Below are positions 32,430 to 41,994 of a stretch of 41,994 nucleotides of DNA, piece by piece. The position numbers were made by a program, and so were the translations under genes. A model generated the notes under the pieces. That model worked only from the letters and a program-made list of their open reading frames with translations, was not told where the DNA came from and did no database searches. The DNA is from Candidatus Magasanikiibacteriota bacterium (lineage in GTDB: Bacteria > Patescibacteriota > Patescibacteriia > Magasanikbacterales > UBA922), in the NCBI GenBank assembly GCA_035438805.1, contig DAORJA010000002.1, positions 1-41,994 of the forward strand, in the 5' to 3' direction. Position 1 is the stretch's first letter, and each line of letters begins with the position of its first letter.

Positions 32430-33962
32430 ATGAAAACAAAAAAACCATTCTACATTTCAACAGCAATTCCATACGTAAATGCCAGACCTCATATAGGGTA
32501 CGCTTTAGAATGTGTGCAGACGGATGCAAGAGCACGTTTTGAACGACTACAAGGTCGCGATGTATTTTTTTTGACTGGAACAGATGAGAACTCGCTCAAG
32601 AATGTTCAGGCTGCAGAAAAAGCCGGTGAGAAGGTGGAAAAATTTGTTGATGAACATGCAGAAAATTTCAAAGAATTAAAAACTATCCTCAATATTTCCT
32701 ACAATGATTTTATTCGAACGACTGAAAAACGGCATTTTGATGGAGCACAAAAACTTTGGGAAAAGTTCAAACCAGAAGACATATACAAAAAAGAATATAA
32801 AGGATTGTATTGTGTTGGGTGCGAAGCATTTTACATCGAAGAAGAGTTGATCGATGGAAAATTATGTCCTGAACACAAAAAACCAGTTGAAATTGTGGAA
32901 GAAGAAAATTACTTTTTCAAGCTTGGTAATTATTCAAAACAACTTCGAGAATTAGTTGAAAAAAACGTAATCAAAATTTATCCAGAAGCTCGCAAGAACG
33001 AGTGGCTTGCATTTATCGACCGCGGACTCGAGGATTTTAGTATTTCACGCTCACACGAGCGTGCGCATGGCTGGGGAGTGCCTGTGCCAGGAGATGACTC
33101 ACAGATCATGTATGTGTGGGTAGATGCTCTATCAAATTATATTACCGCGCTTGATTATAGTGGAAAGGGGAAAGAATTCGAGACATACTGGATTCAGAAT
33201 AATGATCGCCAAGTTGCGCATGTAATAGGAAAGGGAATCGGTAAATTCCACGTACTCTACTGGCCAGCATTTTTACTCTCAGCTGAGGTTCCATTGCCAA
33301 CTGAAATATTCATTCATGGCTATGTGACTGTTGAAGGAGAAAAAATTAGTAAGTCACTCGGGAATGTTATTGATCCGGGCGAAGTAGTAGAAAAATACGG
33401 AGTAGATGCTACTCGCTACTATCTACTCGGCGCAATTCCTGCGGCACAGGATGGAGATTTTTCATATGCACGATTTGAAGAATTTTACACAGCGCACCTT
33501 GCAAATGGAATTGGGAATCTCACGCATCGAATTCTTACCATGCTCGAAAAGTATACTGAGAGTAAAGTTCCAGAAAAAAATACTGAAGATATTTTTAATG
33601 TTGAAAGTTTTTGGAAGGAATACCTAACTTCATTTGAACATTACTCATTTGACGAAGTGATTCAACATATTAATAAACTGACGACTCAAATCGATACTGC
33701 TATTTCTTCATACAAACCGTGGGAAAAAGCAAAAGCAGGCGAGGATATTACTGGTCACTTGTATCAAATTTCAGAAGGTCTATTCCATCTTGGAGTTTCA
33801 TTACTTCCACTAATTCCATCTGCTGCAGAAAAAATTCTTGTTTCACTTGGAGTAGAGTCTGGTAAACTTGTATTATCTGAAATTACGAAGTGGGGGAATC
33901 TAGAAGCAGGACAAAAAATTAAAAAAGGCGACCCAGTGTTTCCAAGGCTAGAAAAAGAATAA
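32430..33962 (+). CDS. metG: methionine--tRNA ligase
   Basis: HIGH-type motif PHIGYA, KMSKS-type motif KISKSLGN, and class I connective peptide CVGCEAF...CPEH. Confidence 0.92.
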   Translation: MKTKKPFYISTAIPYVNARPHIGYALECVQTDARARFERLQGRDVFFLTGTDENSLKNVQAAEKAGEKVEKFVDEHAENFKELKTILNISYNDFIRTTEKRHFDGAQKLWEKFKPEDIYKKEYKGLYCVGCEAFYIEEELIDGKLCPEHKKPVEIVEEENYFFKLGNYSKQLRELVEKNVIKIYPEARKNEWLAFIDRGLEDFSISRSHERAHGWGVPVPGDDSQIMYVWVDALSNYITALDYSGKGKEFETYWIQNNDRQVAHVIGKGIGKFHVLYWPAFLLSAEVPLPTEIFIHGYVTVEGEKISKSLGNVIDPGEVVEKYGVDATRYYLLGAIPAAQDGDFSYARFEEFYTAHLANGIGNLTHRILTMLEKYTESKVPEKNTEDIFNVESFWKEYLTSFEHYSFDEVIQHINKLTTQIDTAISSYKPWEKAKAGEDITGHLYQISEGLFHLGVSLLPLIPSAAEKILVSLGVESGKLVLSEITKWGNLEAGQKIKKGDPVFPRLEKE

Positions 33963-33963
33963 T

Positions 33964-34275
33964 ATGATTTTTCCTCCTAAAAAATTTCAAGTTCGACTTG
34001 CAATAATTGGCGCTGGAGTGGGTGTCATTGGAGGATTATTGGTTATTTTGTTGCTAAATATGTGCTTTGCAAACGATAGCATGTTTTTGTGCTATCTAGG
34101 TACGTTCATGACTTACATATTTATGTATTTACCCACGATAACGATTGGAAAAATCTGCACTGCAAATCCGAGTTTCTTATGTTTGCTTTTTGCTCCAGCA
34201 TTATTCTTTGCAATTACTTTTTTTATATTCGGGAGTATACTGTGGGTGGTTAAAAATAATAAGAATAAAGTGTGA
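33964..34275 (+). CDS. small membrane protein (paralog 1)
   Basis: 103 aa with 3 hydrophobic helices. Shares N-terminal FPPKKFQV and C-terminal ILWVVKNNKNK with the next ORF. Confidence 0.55.
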   Translation: MIFPPKKFQVRLAIIGAGVGVIGGLLVILLLNMCFANDSMFLCYLGTFMTYIFMYLPTITIGKICTANPSFLCLLFAPALFFAITFFIFGSILWVVKNNKNKV

Positions 34276-34631
34276 AATTAACTTTTCCTCCAAAAAAACT
34301 ACAAATTAAATATGCTCTTAGTGGATTAGCATTTGGCATGTCTATTTCATTAATACTATTTATACTGAACCATGTGATGGGATACCTTCCCGATACCCCT
34401 CTTTTCTTTTTTTGGCGAATCTTCGTTGGTCTCATAAGCGTTATATGGCTTATTTCGTACTTTGCTATTGGCTCGTGGCTGCCATTTGTCGTCACTTCAA
34501 ATGCTGTCATTGACCCTGCACTGTGGGTTATAGCGCTCCCTTCGGTGATATTTTATGTATTTTTATTTTGGTTTGTTGGAAATATATTGTGGATTATTAA
34601 AAACAGAAAATCCAATAATCAACCTAAATAA
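34272..34631 (+). CDS. small membrane protein (paralog 2)
   Basis: 119 aa. GTGA overlap with the previous ORF. FPPKKLQI ... ILWIIKNRKSNN. Confidence 0.55.
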   Translation: MKLTFPPKKLQIKYALSGLAFGMSISLILFILNHVMGYLPDTPLFFFWRIFVGLISVIWLISYFAIGSWLPFVVTSNAVIDPALWVIALPSVIFYVFLFWFVGNILWIIKNRKSNNQPK

Positions 34632-34658
34632 TCTTTTTTTACATTTCCTTAGTAAATT

Positions 34659-35192
34659 ATGAATTTCCTCGACATCATAATCATTATAACTGTTGCCATA
34701 TTTGCTCTTATGGGGCTGTGGCTTGGACTGCTTCATACCATCGGATCATTGTTCGGCACCGTAGTGGGAGCGTACATTGCAAGTAGATATTATGAGGGTG
34801 GGGCGCAATGGCTCATGAATACAGTTGGCTGGGGTGAGAATGTATCACGAGTAGTTATGTTTATCGCAATATTTTTTATTATCACTCGTGCAATTGGTGC
34901 AGCATTTTGGCTTATTGGTAAAGTGGGGGGAATGATTATTCCGATTCCATTCAAACAAGTATTAAACCGTTTTTTGGGCATGATTGTTGGCGCGGCTGAA
35001 GGAATTCTGACCGTTGGACTCGTACTTTATTTTATCGACAAATTTCCATTGGGTGACCGCGTGATGGATTCAATACTTTCGTCTACGTTTGCGCCTTCAG
35101 TAATTGCATTCGCTTCAATTCTCATACCATTGTTTCCTGAAGCTTTGAAAGCACTTGAAACAACGGTAGATAAAATAGAAAGTTCACTATGA
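34659..35192 (+). CDS. cvpA: CvpA family membrane protein
   Basis: MNFLDIIIIITVAIFALMGLWLGLLHTIGSL is a typical CvpA N-terminus. 4 TM helices. Confidence 0.75.
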   Translation: MNFLDIIIIITVAIFALMGLWLGLLHTIGSLFGTVVGAYIASRYYEGGAQWLMNTVGWGENVSRVVMFIAIFFIITRAIGAAFWLIGKVGGMIIPIPFKQVLNRFLGMIVGAAEGILTVGLVLYFIDKFPLGDRVMDSILSSTFAPSVIAFASILIPLFPEALKALETTVDKIESSL

Positions 35193-36052
35193 TGATCGAT
35201 ACTCATTGCCATATTCACTTCAAAGCATTTGAAAACAATCGTGATGAAGTTATCGCACGTGCAAAAGAAAAGAACATGATTTTGAATTTGGTTGGTACGC
35301 AAGAAAGTACTAGTAAAAAAGGAGTCGACATGGCAGAGAAGTATGACTGGATGTATGCCACGATCGGACTTCATCCGATTCATATTCATGAAGTAGATGT
35401 GTATGAGGAAACAACGAATTTTACGTCGCGCGGTGAAGATTTTAATCCTGAATTCTATCGTGAGCTTGCGAAAAATCCTAGGGTGATTGCAGTAGGGGAA
35501 ACAGGACTTGATCGATTTCATATTCCAAAAGATCAATCAGAGAAAGACATTCTTGCAGCACAGAGTGACGTATTTCGAAAACATTATGACGTAGCCGAAG
35601 AATCTGGATTGCCGCTTGTCATGCATGTTCGTGATGCGCATGATGAAATGATTGACCTTCTTCAGCAAATTAAAAAAGAAAAAGGATCGCTCATTCGTGG
35701 TGTGGTGCACTGCTACACAGGGAATTGGGCTCAGGCAGAAAAATATCTGGAGCTTGGGTTTAATCTCGGGTTTACTGGCGTTGTTACCTTTCCCGCAAAA
35801 AAGACCAATCCAGAGCCTCAGCTTGAGCTTGAGAAAGTAGTAGCCAATATTCCTCTTGATCGAATATTGGTTGAGACTGATGCGCCTTTTCTTGCGCCGC
35901 AAGCATATCGAGGTGAACAGTGTGAGCCATGGATGGTTGAAGAAGTGATTAAGAAGTTTGCAGCAGTACGTGGAAAAACAATTGATGAGATGACTAGTCA
36001 GATTAACCAAAACACACTACACTTATTCACACGAATTAAATTAGCTAATTAA
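35189..36052 (+). CDS. TatD family metal-dependent hydrolase
   Basis: IDTHCHI, GETGLD, HVRDA, VHCYTG and ETDAPFL motifs. ATGA overlap with cvpA. Confidence 0.9.
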   Translation: MMIDTHCHIHFKAFENNRDEVIARAKEKNMILNLVGTQESTSKKGVDMAEKYDWMYATIGLHPIHIHEVDVYEETTNFTSRGEDFNPEFYRELAKNPRVIAVGETGLDRFHIPKDQSEKDILAAQSDVFRKHYDVAEESGLPLVMHVRDAHDEMIDLLQQIKKEKGSLIRGVVHCYTGNWAQAEKYLELGFNLGFTGVVTFPAKKTNPEPQLELEKVVANIPLDRILVETDAPFLAPQAYRGEQCEPWMVEEVIKKFAAVRGKTIDEMTSQINQNTLHLFTRIKLAN

Positions 36053-36055
36053 AGT

Positions 36056-36985
36056 ATGATTCACGCACTATTAGTAATTCTCGGTCTGGTCGTGTTTGAA
36101 GTGATCAGTTCAATCGATAACGCCATTGTAAACGCGCATGTATTGAAAACTCTGCCAGACAAGTATCGAAAGATATTTTTGGTATGGGGCCTTTTGCTTG
36201 CAGTAGTAGTAGTGCGTGGGCTTTTGCCTTTTATTATCATCTGGATTGCAAACCCGGCAATGGGATTGGGAGAAGTGTGGCATGTCGCATTTTCAGAAGG
36301 GGGTATTGGAGACGCGCTTGATGAATCTCGACCACTTCTGCTTCTCGGTGGTGGAATGTATTTGATCATGGTATTCCTTGGCTGGTTGTTTTTGGAAGAA
36401 AAAAAGTATGCATTTCTTGTGGAACATTTTATCCATAAACAAGGCATCTGGTTTTACTTCATTTCATCATTACTCTTTACCACCGTGATCTGGCTTGCCC
36501 TGAAAACGAATCCAGCACTTGCTTTGGCAACGGCAGTTGGTACCACTGCGTACTTCTTGACCGATGGGTTCAAGCGCAATGCTGAGGAAAAAGAAAAACA
36601 ATTGATGAGTGGCTCATCTAATATGAGTGCGTGGAGTAAAATTCTCTATCTTGAAATTCTCGATGCATCATTCTCAATCGATGGTGTGATTGGAGCGTTT
36701 GCTTTCACCATGTCAGTGCCATTGATCCTTATTGGAAATGGAATTGGAGCTTTCGTTGTTCGTGAATTTACGATAAAAGGAATCAACTTGATTTCAAAAT
36801 ACGCATACTTAAAAAATGGAGCGATGTATTCAATTGGAGTACTCGGGACTATTATGGCACTTGAAGCATTCCATGTACATGTTCCTACATGGCTCGCACC
36901 AGTAAATACGATTGTAATTGGGGGAACATTCCTTATTCTTTCAATACGTGAAATGAAAATGGCTGAGAAGAAAAAAATAGCTTAA
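36056..36985 (+). CDS. DUF475/TerC-like integral membrane protein
   Basis: YLEILDASFSIDGVIGAFAFT and SSIDNAIVNA repeats typical of DUF475 (from memory). About 8 TM helices. Confidence 0.65.
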   Translation: MIHALLVILGLVVFEVISSIDNAIVNAHVLKTLPDKYRKIFLVWGLLLAVVVVRGLLPFIIIWIANPAMGLGEVWHVAFSEGGIGDALDESRPLLLLGGGMYLIMVFLGWLFLEEKKYAFLVEHFIHKQGIWFYFISSLLFTTVIWLALKTNPALALATAVGTTAYFLTDGFKRNAEEKEKQLMSGSSNMSAWSKILYLEILDASFSIDGVIGAFAFTMSVPLILIGNGIGAFVVREFTIKGINLISKYAYLKNGAMYSIGVLGTIMALEAFHVHVPTWLAPVNTIVIGGTFLILSIREMKMAEKKKIA

Positions 36986-37002
36986 AGAAAATGGATAAGA
37001 AT

Positions 37003-37027
37003 AAAATCCCCAGCGGTGGGGATTTTT
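37003..37027 (+). terminator. Rho-independent terminator
   Basis: AAAATCCCCA-gcgg-TGGGGATTTT. Confidence 0.7.
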
Positions 37028-37109
37028 AATATAAAGTTATAAACACTTGAAATAAAATGAATTGAAGCGTATAATGCTTTGGTCTTTTTTTATTGAAAAA
37101 CAAAAAAAT

Positions 37110-38873
37110 ATGAAAAAAATACTATCAGCTTATTTGATTCTGCTTGGTGCACTGGTCGGAACTATAGTAATTTCACGATTTTCTGAAGAGTTTTTCGCGC
37201 TGTTTCACCAGAGTTCAGATGAGCATCTGCTTATAGCTTTTTTTAGCATATCGGTTTTGTGTATTTTGAGTTTTGTTATTTATCATCTTTCAGTAAAAAC
37301 AGTTTTTCCTTCATTTGTTGTTGCTATCTTTTTTGGAATCGCAGCACAACCTTTGCTTGGGGGAATTGTTGGTGAAAAAAGTTTACTTAATGTAATTGTG
37401 GGTGCAGGAGCAACATTGATATTATTTAGTGGTGGACTCGAAACTCCTTTTGAAAATTTCAAAAAAATAATCTGGAAAATTCTCTCGCTTTCTTTTCTTG
37501 GACTCCTCTTTACGGCAGTGGTATTTTCATTTGGTGTACATGCAATTGGAAATCTTGTCGGAATCACAGTACCCATCTCTGTGGCGGTGTTGCTCGGTGC
37601 TATTCTAGCGTCTACGGATCCGGCTGCAATAATTCCCGTACTTAGACGTCTTCGTTTTCAAAAACGTGCTACCAAAGATCTGATTATTTCTGAAAGCGCA
37701 GTTACTGATGTAACTGGAACCCTACTTACTCTTGCATTTATTGGTATATTGGCTCACAACAGCCTCGCATCAATTAGTGCTAGTTATACAGGATTATTTA
37801 CTCGAGAAGTAGGGCATATATTGTTTGAAGAGATACTATTCGGAGTTATTTTTGGAGGTATTGGTTATTTACTACTAAATTTTCTTTCAAAATTTACCAA
37901 AAACGGTGGAGAAGAATCCGAAGCGCATGCTGCATATTTTCTCTTTGTACCAATTGCAATTTTCACACTTGCTGTAGCGTTCGGCGGAAGCGGGTATTTA
38001 GCAGCTTTTGTTGCTGGATTATTATTTGTGATGAGTAAGCATTTACATCATACTGAGAGATTTTTCAACCACACGATTGAAGGTTTTTTTAAGCCAACAA
38101 TATTTATTCTACTTGGTGCGCTTGTTGATGTTGATAGTCTTATTCAGTATGCGGGAATTGGTATACTTGCAGCCGTACTCTTTATGTTTGTTATTCGCCC
38201 AATTTCAGTTTTAATTGCCCTTGGGCCTTTTTCATTCTTCGGCAAGGAACGATTTAATATTCGAGAGCTATTTTTTATTTCATTTGTTCGAGAAACTGGA
38301 GCAATTCCTGCAGTACTGCTCGTGACCGTAGTAAGCAGCGGTATTTCTGGTCTTGATGGTCTGGTTCCTATTGGAATGTGGGTTATCCTTGCAACACTTA
38401 TTATTGAACCTCCGCTTACACCATGGGTAGCTAAATATTTAAAAGTAGCAACGCCTATCTCTGATAAAAAAGCGTTACATTTAAGCAGGATATCTCCATT
38501 TGTAGTGCTAGGCTCTCGTGGATATTCATTTATGGATCGTCTACCAAGAGTAGCTGAATGGGCAAGTAAACATCATATCCATAGTGTTGTATTATTGCAT
38601 TGCCTGGAAGATAAGTATACAGAAGAACTCGCAAAAGATATTGGGGAACAAGCGGAGGTAGCATTCAAGCAGATTAATGAAAAACGTTCAGCTGTGGGAG
38701 AGTCCGATATTGATTTTGAGTACATTAGTCGTAAAGGATTTTTGCAGGACAATATAGATGAAATATCGAGACAAAGGAGCAATGTAACAACGATATTCGT
38801 CGGAAGAAAAGTGCTCGATTTTCGTTTGGAAGATATAAAGAAATTATCAGTACCGATTTTCTTTATAGACTAA
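37110..38873 (+). CDS. cation:proton antiporter (CPA1/NhaP-type) with C-terminal USP-like domain
   Basis: About 12 TM helices with ASTDPAA and ISESAVTD motifs. The C-terminal roughly 150 aa have an alpha/beta pattern. ATG at 37110 (MKKILSAYL) is preferred to the TTG at 37062. Confidence 0.85.
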   Translation: MKKILSAYLILLGALVGTIVISRFSEEFFALFHQSSDEHLLIAFFSISVLCILSFVIYHLSVKTVFPSFVVAIFFGIAAQPLLGGIVGEKSLLNVIVGAGATLILFSGGLETPFENFKKIIWKILSLSFLGLLFTAVVFSFGVHAIGNLVGITVPISVAVLLGAILASTDPAAIIPVLRRLRFQKRATKDLIISESAVTDVTGTLLTLAFIGILAHNSLASISASYTGLFTREVGHILFEEILFGVIFGGIGYLLLNFLSKFTKNGGEESEAHAAYFLFVPIAIFTLAVAFGGSGYLAAFVAGLLFVMSKHLHHTERFFNHTIEGFFKPTIFILLGALVDVDSLIQYAGIGILAAVLFMFVIRPISVLIALGPFSFFGKERFNIRELFFISFVRETGAIPAVLLVTVVSSGISGLDGLVPIGMWVILATLIIEPPLTPWVAKYLKVATPISDKKALHLSRISPFVVLGSRGYSFMDRLPRVAEWASKHHIHSVVLLHCLEDKYTEELAKDIGEQAEVAFKQINEKRSAVGESDIDFEYISRKGFLQDNIDEISRQRSNVTTIFVGRKVLDFRLEDIKKLSVPIFFID

Positions 38874-38882
38874 AACGTGTTT

Positions 38883-38907
38883 TAAGAGCTAGAACAAAGC
38901 TCTTTTT
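38883..38907 (+). terminator. Rho-independent terminator
   Basis: AAGAGCT-agaacaa-AGCTCTT followed by TTTT. Confidence 0.6.
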
Positions 38908-39014
38908 TGTTAAAACAGAGTAAAAAAAGAGTAGTATAGTGGGGTGTTAGATTGGTGAGGAAATGCTCTATGCTAGGTGATAGCTTAGTTTTTGGGGATA
39001 AACACAAAATTATA

Positions 39015-39043
39015 TTGACAAATTGCCAAATTTCCTCTACACT
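39015..39043 (+). promoter_or_regulatory. sigma-70-type promoter of the atp operon
   Basis: TTGACA (39015-39020), 17 nt, TACACT (39038-39043). Confidence 0.5.
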
Positions 39044-39057
39044 TGAGGTCGCTTTCT

Positions 39058-39333
39058 ATGGAAACCCCAAACCCTAAAAAATCGACTGATCGAGAGTATA
39101 TAATGCTGGGGCTAGCAATCATCGGGGACTTTGGGGCAACTATTGCGATTCCTGTTGTTGCCTTCGTTCTTATAGGGCAATGGCTCGAAGGGAAGTATGG
39201 TCACGAACCGTGGTTTACGATAAGTGGGTTTGTACTTGCAGCACTTATCTCAGGAAGAATGATTTATACGAAAGCAAAGGAATACAACGCGAAATATCAA
39301 GCAATAGAAAAAAGTAAGACTGAAAATAAATAA
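39058..39333 (+). CDS. AtpZ/AtpI family protein
   Basis: Two TM helices. LGLAIIGDFGATIAIPVVAFVLIGQWLEGKYGHEPWFTISGFVLAALISG. ATG at 39058 is used because the track's TTG at 39043 overlaps the -10 box. Confidence 0.65.
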   Translation: METPNPKKSTDREYIMLGLAIIGDFGATIAIPVVAFVLIGQWLEGKYGHEPWFTISGFVLAALISGRMIYTKAKEYNAKYQAIEKSKTENK

Positions 39334-39336
39334 GAT

Positions 39337-40128
39337 ATGGCTGAAATTCACATTCCAGGATTAGCACCAGAAGTATTGTTCCATGTGGGACCGGTTCCGG
39401 TTACCAATACTATTGTGAATGTGTGGATTGCACTGATAATTTTTCTCATCATGGGAATTGCGATCAAGCGCAAAATTGCCATGCGACCAGGAAAATTCCA
39501 AAATGGATTTGAATATATTTTAGAACTCTTGCTCCCATATTTTGACCAAGTAACTGGAGATCGAAAAAAGACTATTCGCTTTTTGCCAATTGTCGGAACG
39601 ATCTTCTTTTTTATTTTACTATCAAATTGGTTGGGCCTTCTTCCAGGAACAGGAAGTATTACAGTAGGACACAACATGCTACTTCGTCCAGCGAACACAG
39701 ATTTGAATCTCACCGTTGTCATGGCTCTCGTGTCAGTTATAGCTTCACACGTATTTGCGTTTATCAGTATTGGAGTGTTCACACACCTAGGAAAATTCGT
39801 ACAATTCGGTAATGTAATTCGAAGCATCAAGAAAGGTCCAATGGCAATATTCTCAGCGTTGATTGAGTTCGCTGTAGGATTACTCGAAATCGTGAGTGAA
39901 ATGGCAAAAATATTGTCTCTCTCACTTCGTTTATTTGGAAACATTTTTGCAGGTGAAGTATTGATTTCAGTAATGTCAGCGCTTGTTGCAGCGCTCGTAC
40001 CAACTCCATTCATGTTGCTTGAATTATTGGTTGGTCTTATCCAGGCTGCAGTATTTGCGATGCTGACGCTTGTATATATGACTGTAGCATCATCTGCTCC
40101 ACACGGTGCAGAAGAGGGACACCACTAG
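39337..40128 (+). CDS. atpB: F0F1 ATP synthase subunit a
   Basis: LSLSLRLFGNIFAGE motif with the essential Arg. 5-6 TM helices. Confidence 0.9.
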   Translation: MAEIHIPGLAPEVLFHVGPVPVTNTIVNVWIALIIFLIMGIAIKRKIAMRPGKFQNGFEYILELLLPYFDQVTGDRKKTIRFLPIVGTIFFFILLSNWLGLLPGTGSITVGHNMLLRPANTDLNLTVVMALVSVIASHVFAFISIGVFTHLGKFVQFGNVIRSIKKGPMAIFSALIEFAVGLLEIVSEMAKILSLSLRLFGNIFAGEVLISVMSALVAALVPTPFMLLELLVGLIQAAVFAMLTLVYMTVASSAPHGAEEGHH

Positions 40129-40138
40129 AGGGTAGTCT

Positions 40139-40163
40139 TCACAGAAGAATTATTCTTCTGTGA
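40139..40163 (+). promoter_or_regulatory. intra-operon hairpin between atpB and atpE
   Basis: Perfect 11-bp stem TCACAGAAGAA-ttа-like 3-nt loop-TTCTTCTGTGA followed by T-rich sequence. Confidence 0.4.
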
Positions 40164-40201
40164 TATTATTCTTTAAGTGAGGCACTAATCCGCGAGTATA
40201 A

Positions 40202-40486
<285 letters not shown>

Positions 40487-40583
40487 TTCGATCAGTATCC
40501 TTGGAGAGTAATCTTCAGGGATACTACATTGATTTATTTCCCGCAAAGCGGGTCCGCCTTGGGCGGAGTAACTCGAATTTATT

Positions 40584-41207
40584 ATGCATTTAGTACATAA
40601 TGGAGAAGACCAAACATTAACACAAGCAGACTATGCTGAAGTTCAGGTTACCGAAATTATGGCAGAAGAACGTACAGCGGCAGAAGTCGGCCATGAAACA
40701 GCAACAACAGATGGTGGAGTTCTTGCGAGTCTTGGTATTAATGGTCCATTGTTTATATTCCAACTAATTAATTTTGCGCTTGTTGCGGCAGTCGTGTGGT
40801 TCTTGATTTTGAAGCCACTAACCAAAAAAATGGAAGAGCGAAAAAACATTATTGATGAAAGCCTTGATCGAGCAAAAGAAATTGAAACCAATCTCAAAAT
40901 GAGTGAGGTAACATTTCAGGAAAAATTAGAGAGTGCAAAGAAAGAAGCAAACGCAATTATTGCTGGAGCTCAAGAAGAAGCTACACGGGTACAGGAGAAT
41001 ATGAAGCAGAAAACAAAAGATGAAGTAGAAGCACTCGTACTTCAAGCAAAGAAAAATATTGAAATTGAAAAAACAGAAATGCAGGCAAGCCTCCGAAAAG
41101 AAACGGTAGAGATTGTAGTCACTGCAATGGAAAAAGTATTGGGTGAAAAAATGGATGATAAAAAAGACCAGAAATTTGTTGAAGATATTTTGAAAACAAT
41201 CAAATAA
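40584..41207 (+). CDS. atpF: F0F1 ATP synthase subunit b (with ~45-aa N-terminal extension)
   Basis: One TM helix (LFIFQLINFALVAAVVWFLILKPL), then a long charged helix. The true start is possibly the internal Met (MAEERTAA). Confidence 0.85.
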   Translation: MHLVHNGEDQTLTQADYAEVQVTEIMAEERTAAEVGHETATTDGGVLASLGINGPLFIFQLINFALVAAVVWFLILKPLTKKMEERKNIIDESLDRAKEIETNLKMSEVTFQEKLESAKKEANAIIAGAQEEATRVQENMKQKTKDEVEALVLQAKKNIEIEKTEMQASLRKETVEIVVTAMEKVLGEKMDDKKDQKFVEDILKTIK

Positions 41208-41209
41208 GT

Positions 41210-41593
41210 ATGGCAAAATTGCTTACCCGACAATACGGAAAAATTTTATTTGAAAGTACTAAAGGACTCAAAGGCCTTGAGCTTGAGAGTGTAATTAAAA
41301 ATTTCCTATTGTTTTTACAGAGTAAGCAAATGCTTTCAAAAGCAGATCGGATCATGAAGGAATACGAAAGATACGCAAAAGAAGCTCAAGGAATAAAAAT
41401 GATTGAGATCGTGAGCGCAAGAAAGTTGACAGAAAGCGCAATAAAAGAAATTAGTAAGCATTTTGGAGAAAAGGTAGAGGCGACGGTGACGATTGATCCA
41501 AAACTGCTGGGAGGAATCATGATTAAAACAGAAAATGAGATTCTCGATGGAAGTATCAAAGGGCAATTGGAAAAATTAAAACAACAACTATAA
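41210..41593 (+). CDS. atpH: F0F1 ATP synthase subunit delta (short, 127 aa)
   Basis: C-terminal OSCP signature [29 protein letters not shown]. Confidence 0.8.
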   Translation: MAKLLTRQYGKILFESTKGLKGLELESVIKNFLLFLQSKQMLSKADRIMKEYERYAKEAQGIKMIEIVSARKLTESAIKEISKHFGEKVEATVTIDPKLLGGIMIKTENEILDGSIKGQLEKLKQQL

Positions 41594-41609
41594 TTCTCAC
41601 ATAAGTTAT

Positions 41610-41994
41610 ATGGCATATACCGATCAAGTGATTGCATCACTGAAGAAAAATATCGAATCATTCAAAAAAGAAGTCCAAGTAGAAGAAGTGGGTACGGTTA
41701 TTGAGATTGGAGATGGAATCGCACGCATGAGTGGGCTTGAGAAATGTCAGGCCCAGGAAATGTTGGAATTCCCAGGTAATACATTTGGTATTGCCTTGAA
41801 CCTTCAAGAAGAAACTGTTGGTGCAGTAATCTTGGGTTCATATCAACATATCAAAGAAGGCGACACGGTAAAACGCACGGGCCGCATTATGTCAATTCCA
41901 GTAGATGATGCTCTCATTGGCCGTGTGGTAAATGCGATAGGTGAACCAATTGATGGAAAAGGAGCCATTAATACCAAAACATTTTATCCAGTAG
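41610..41994 (+). CDS. atpA: F0F1 ATP synthase subunit alpha, N-terminal part (3' end outside window)
   Basis: My translation gives [11 protein letters not shown]...[49 protein letters not shown]...[30 protein letters not shown]. Open to the window end, so absent from the ORF track. Confidence 0.9.
   Translation, partial: MAYTDQVIASLKKNIESFKKEVQVEEVGTVIEIGDGIARMSGLEKCQAQEMLEFPGNTFGIALNLQEETVGAVILGSYQHIKEGDTVKRTGRIMSIPVDDALIGRVVNAIGEPIDGKGAINTKTFYPV

Noticed and set aside
35027-36010. Minus-strand ORFs 35027-35536 and 35537-36010
   Set aside because: They are antisense to tatD, which has all the TatD metal-binding motifs. No RBS.
39348-40013. ORF 39348-40013 (-, 221 aa)
   Set aside because: It is fully antisense to atpB, which has the diagnostic subunit-a Arg motif.

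Overview
A 42-kb stretch of AT-rich bacterial chromosome. Hand counts on sample 60-nt lines give about 35-40% GC. Genes are densely packed, and many overlap the next gene by 4 nt (ATGA or GTGA).

Gene content and style suggest a Patescibacteria/CPR-like organism; this is inference only. The pointers are near-absent Shine-Dalgarno (SD) sequences, a DUF5652-like micro-protein, a degenerate PriA, several ECF sigma/anti-sigma pairs and many orphan membrane proteins.

Gene blocks in order:
- Isoprenoid/carotenoid-type cluster: SQS/PSY synthase, polyprenyl synthase, UbiA prenyltransferase and 2 membrane proteins.
- LCP-like protein, greA and three ECF sigma factors, two of them followed by membrane anti-sigma-like partners.
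- HAD hydrolase, CapA, a cupredoxin lipoprotein and mscL.
- Metabolic block: acetolactate-synthase-like TPP enzyme, aldehyde dehydrogenase, transketolase and GNAT.
- YibE/F-like protein, def, a priA-like gene, a LigB-like protein and a large DD-carboxypeptidase.
- rsmI, metG, cvpA, tatD, a DUF475 protein and an NhaP antiporter.
- The start of the F-type ATP synthase operon: atpZ/I, B, E, F, H and part of A.

Main observations:
1. tRNA-Asn(GTT) on the minus strand is split by a 298-nt ORF-less group I (IC3-like) intron in the anticodon loop.
2. A roughly 350-nt GC-rich (about 57%), hairpin-dense non-coding island at 21053-21400 sits between convergent genes. I could not assign it to any known RNA family.
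3. Five discrete GC-rich patches lie in the AT-rich background. The four coding patches carry canonical SD sites, whereas native genes almost never do.
4. The PriA homolog lacks recognisable Walker A and DExH motifs.

I found no CRISPR array, rRNA, transposase, integrase or recognisable defence genes.
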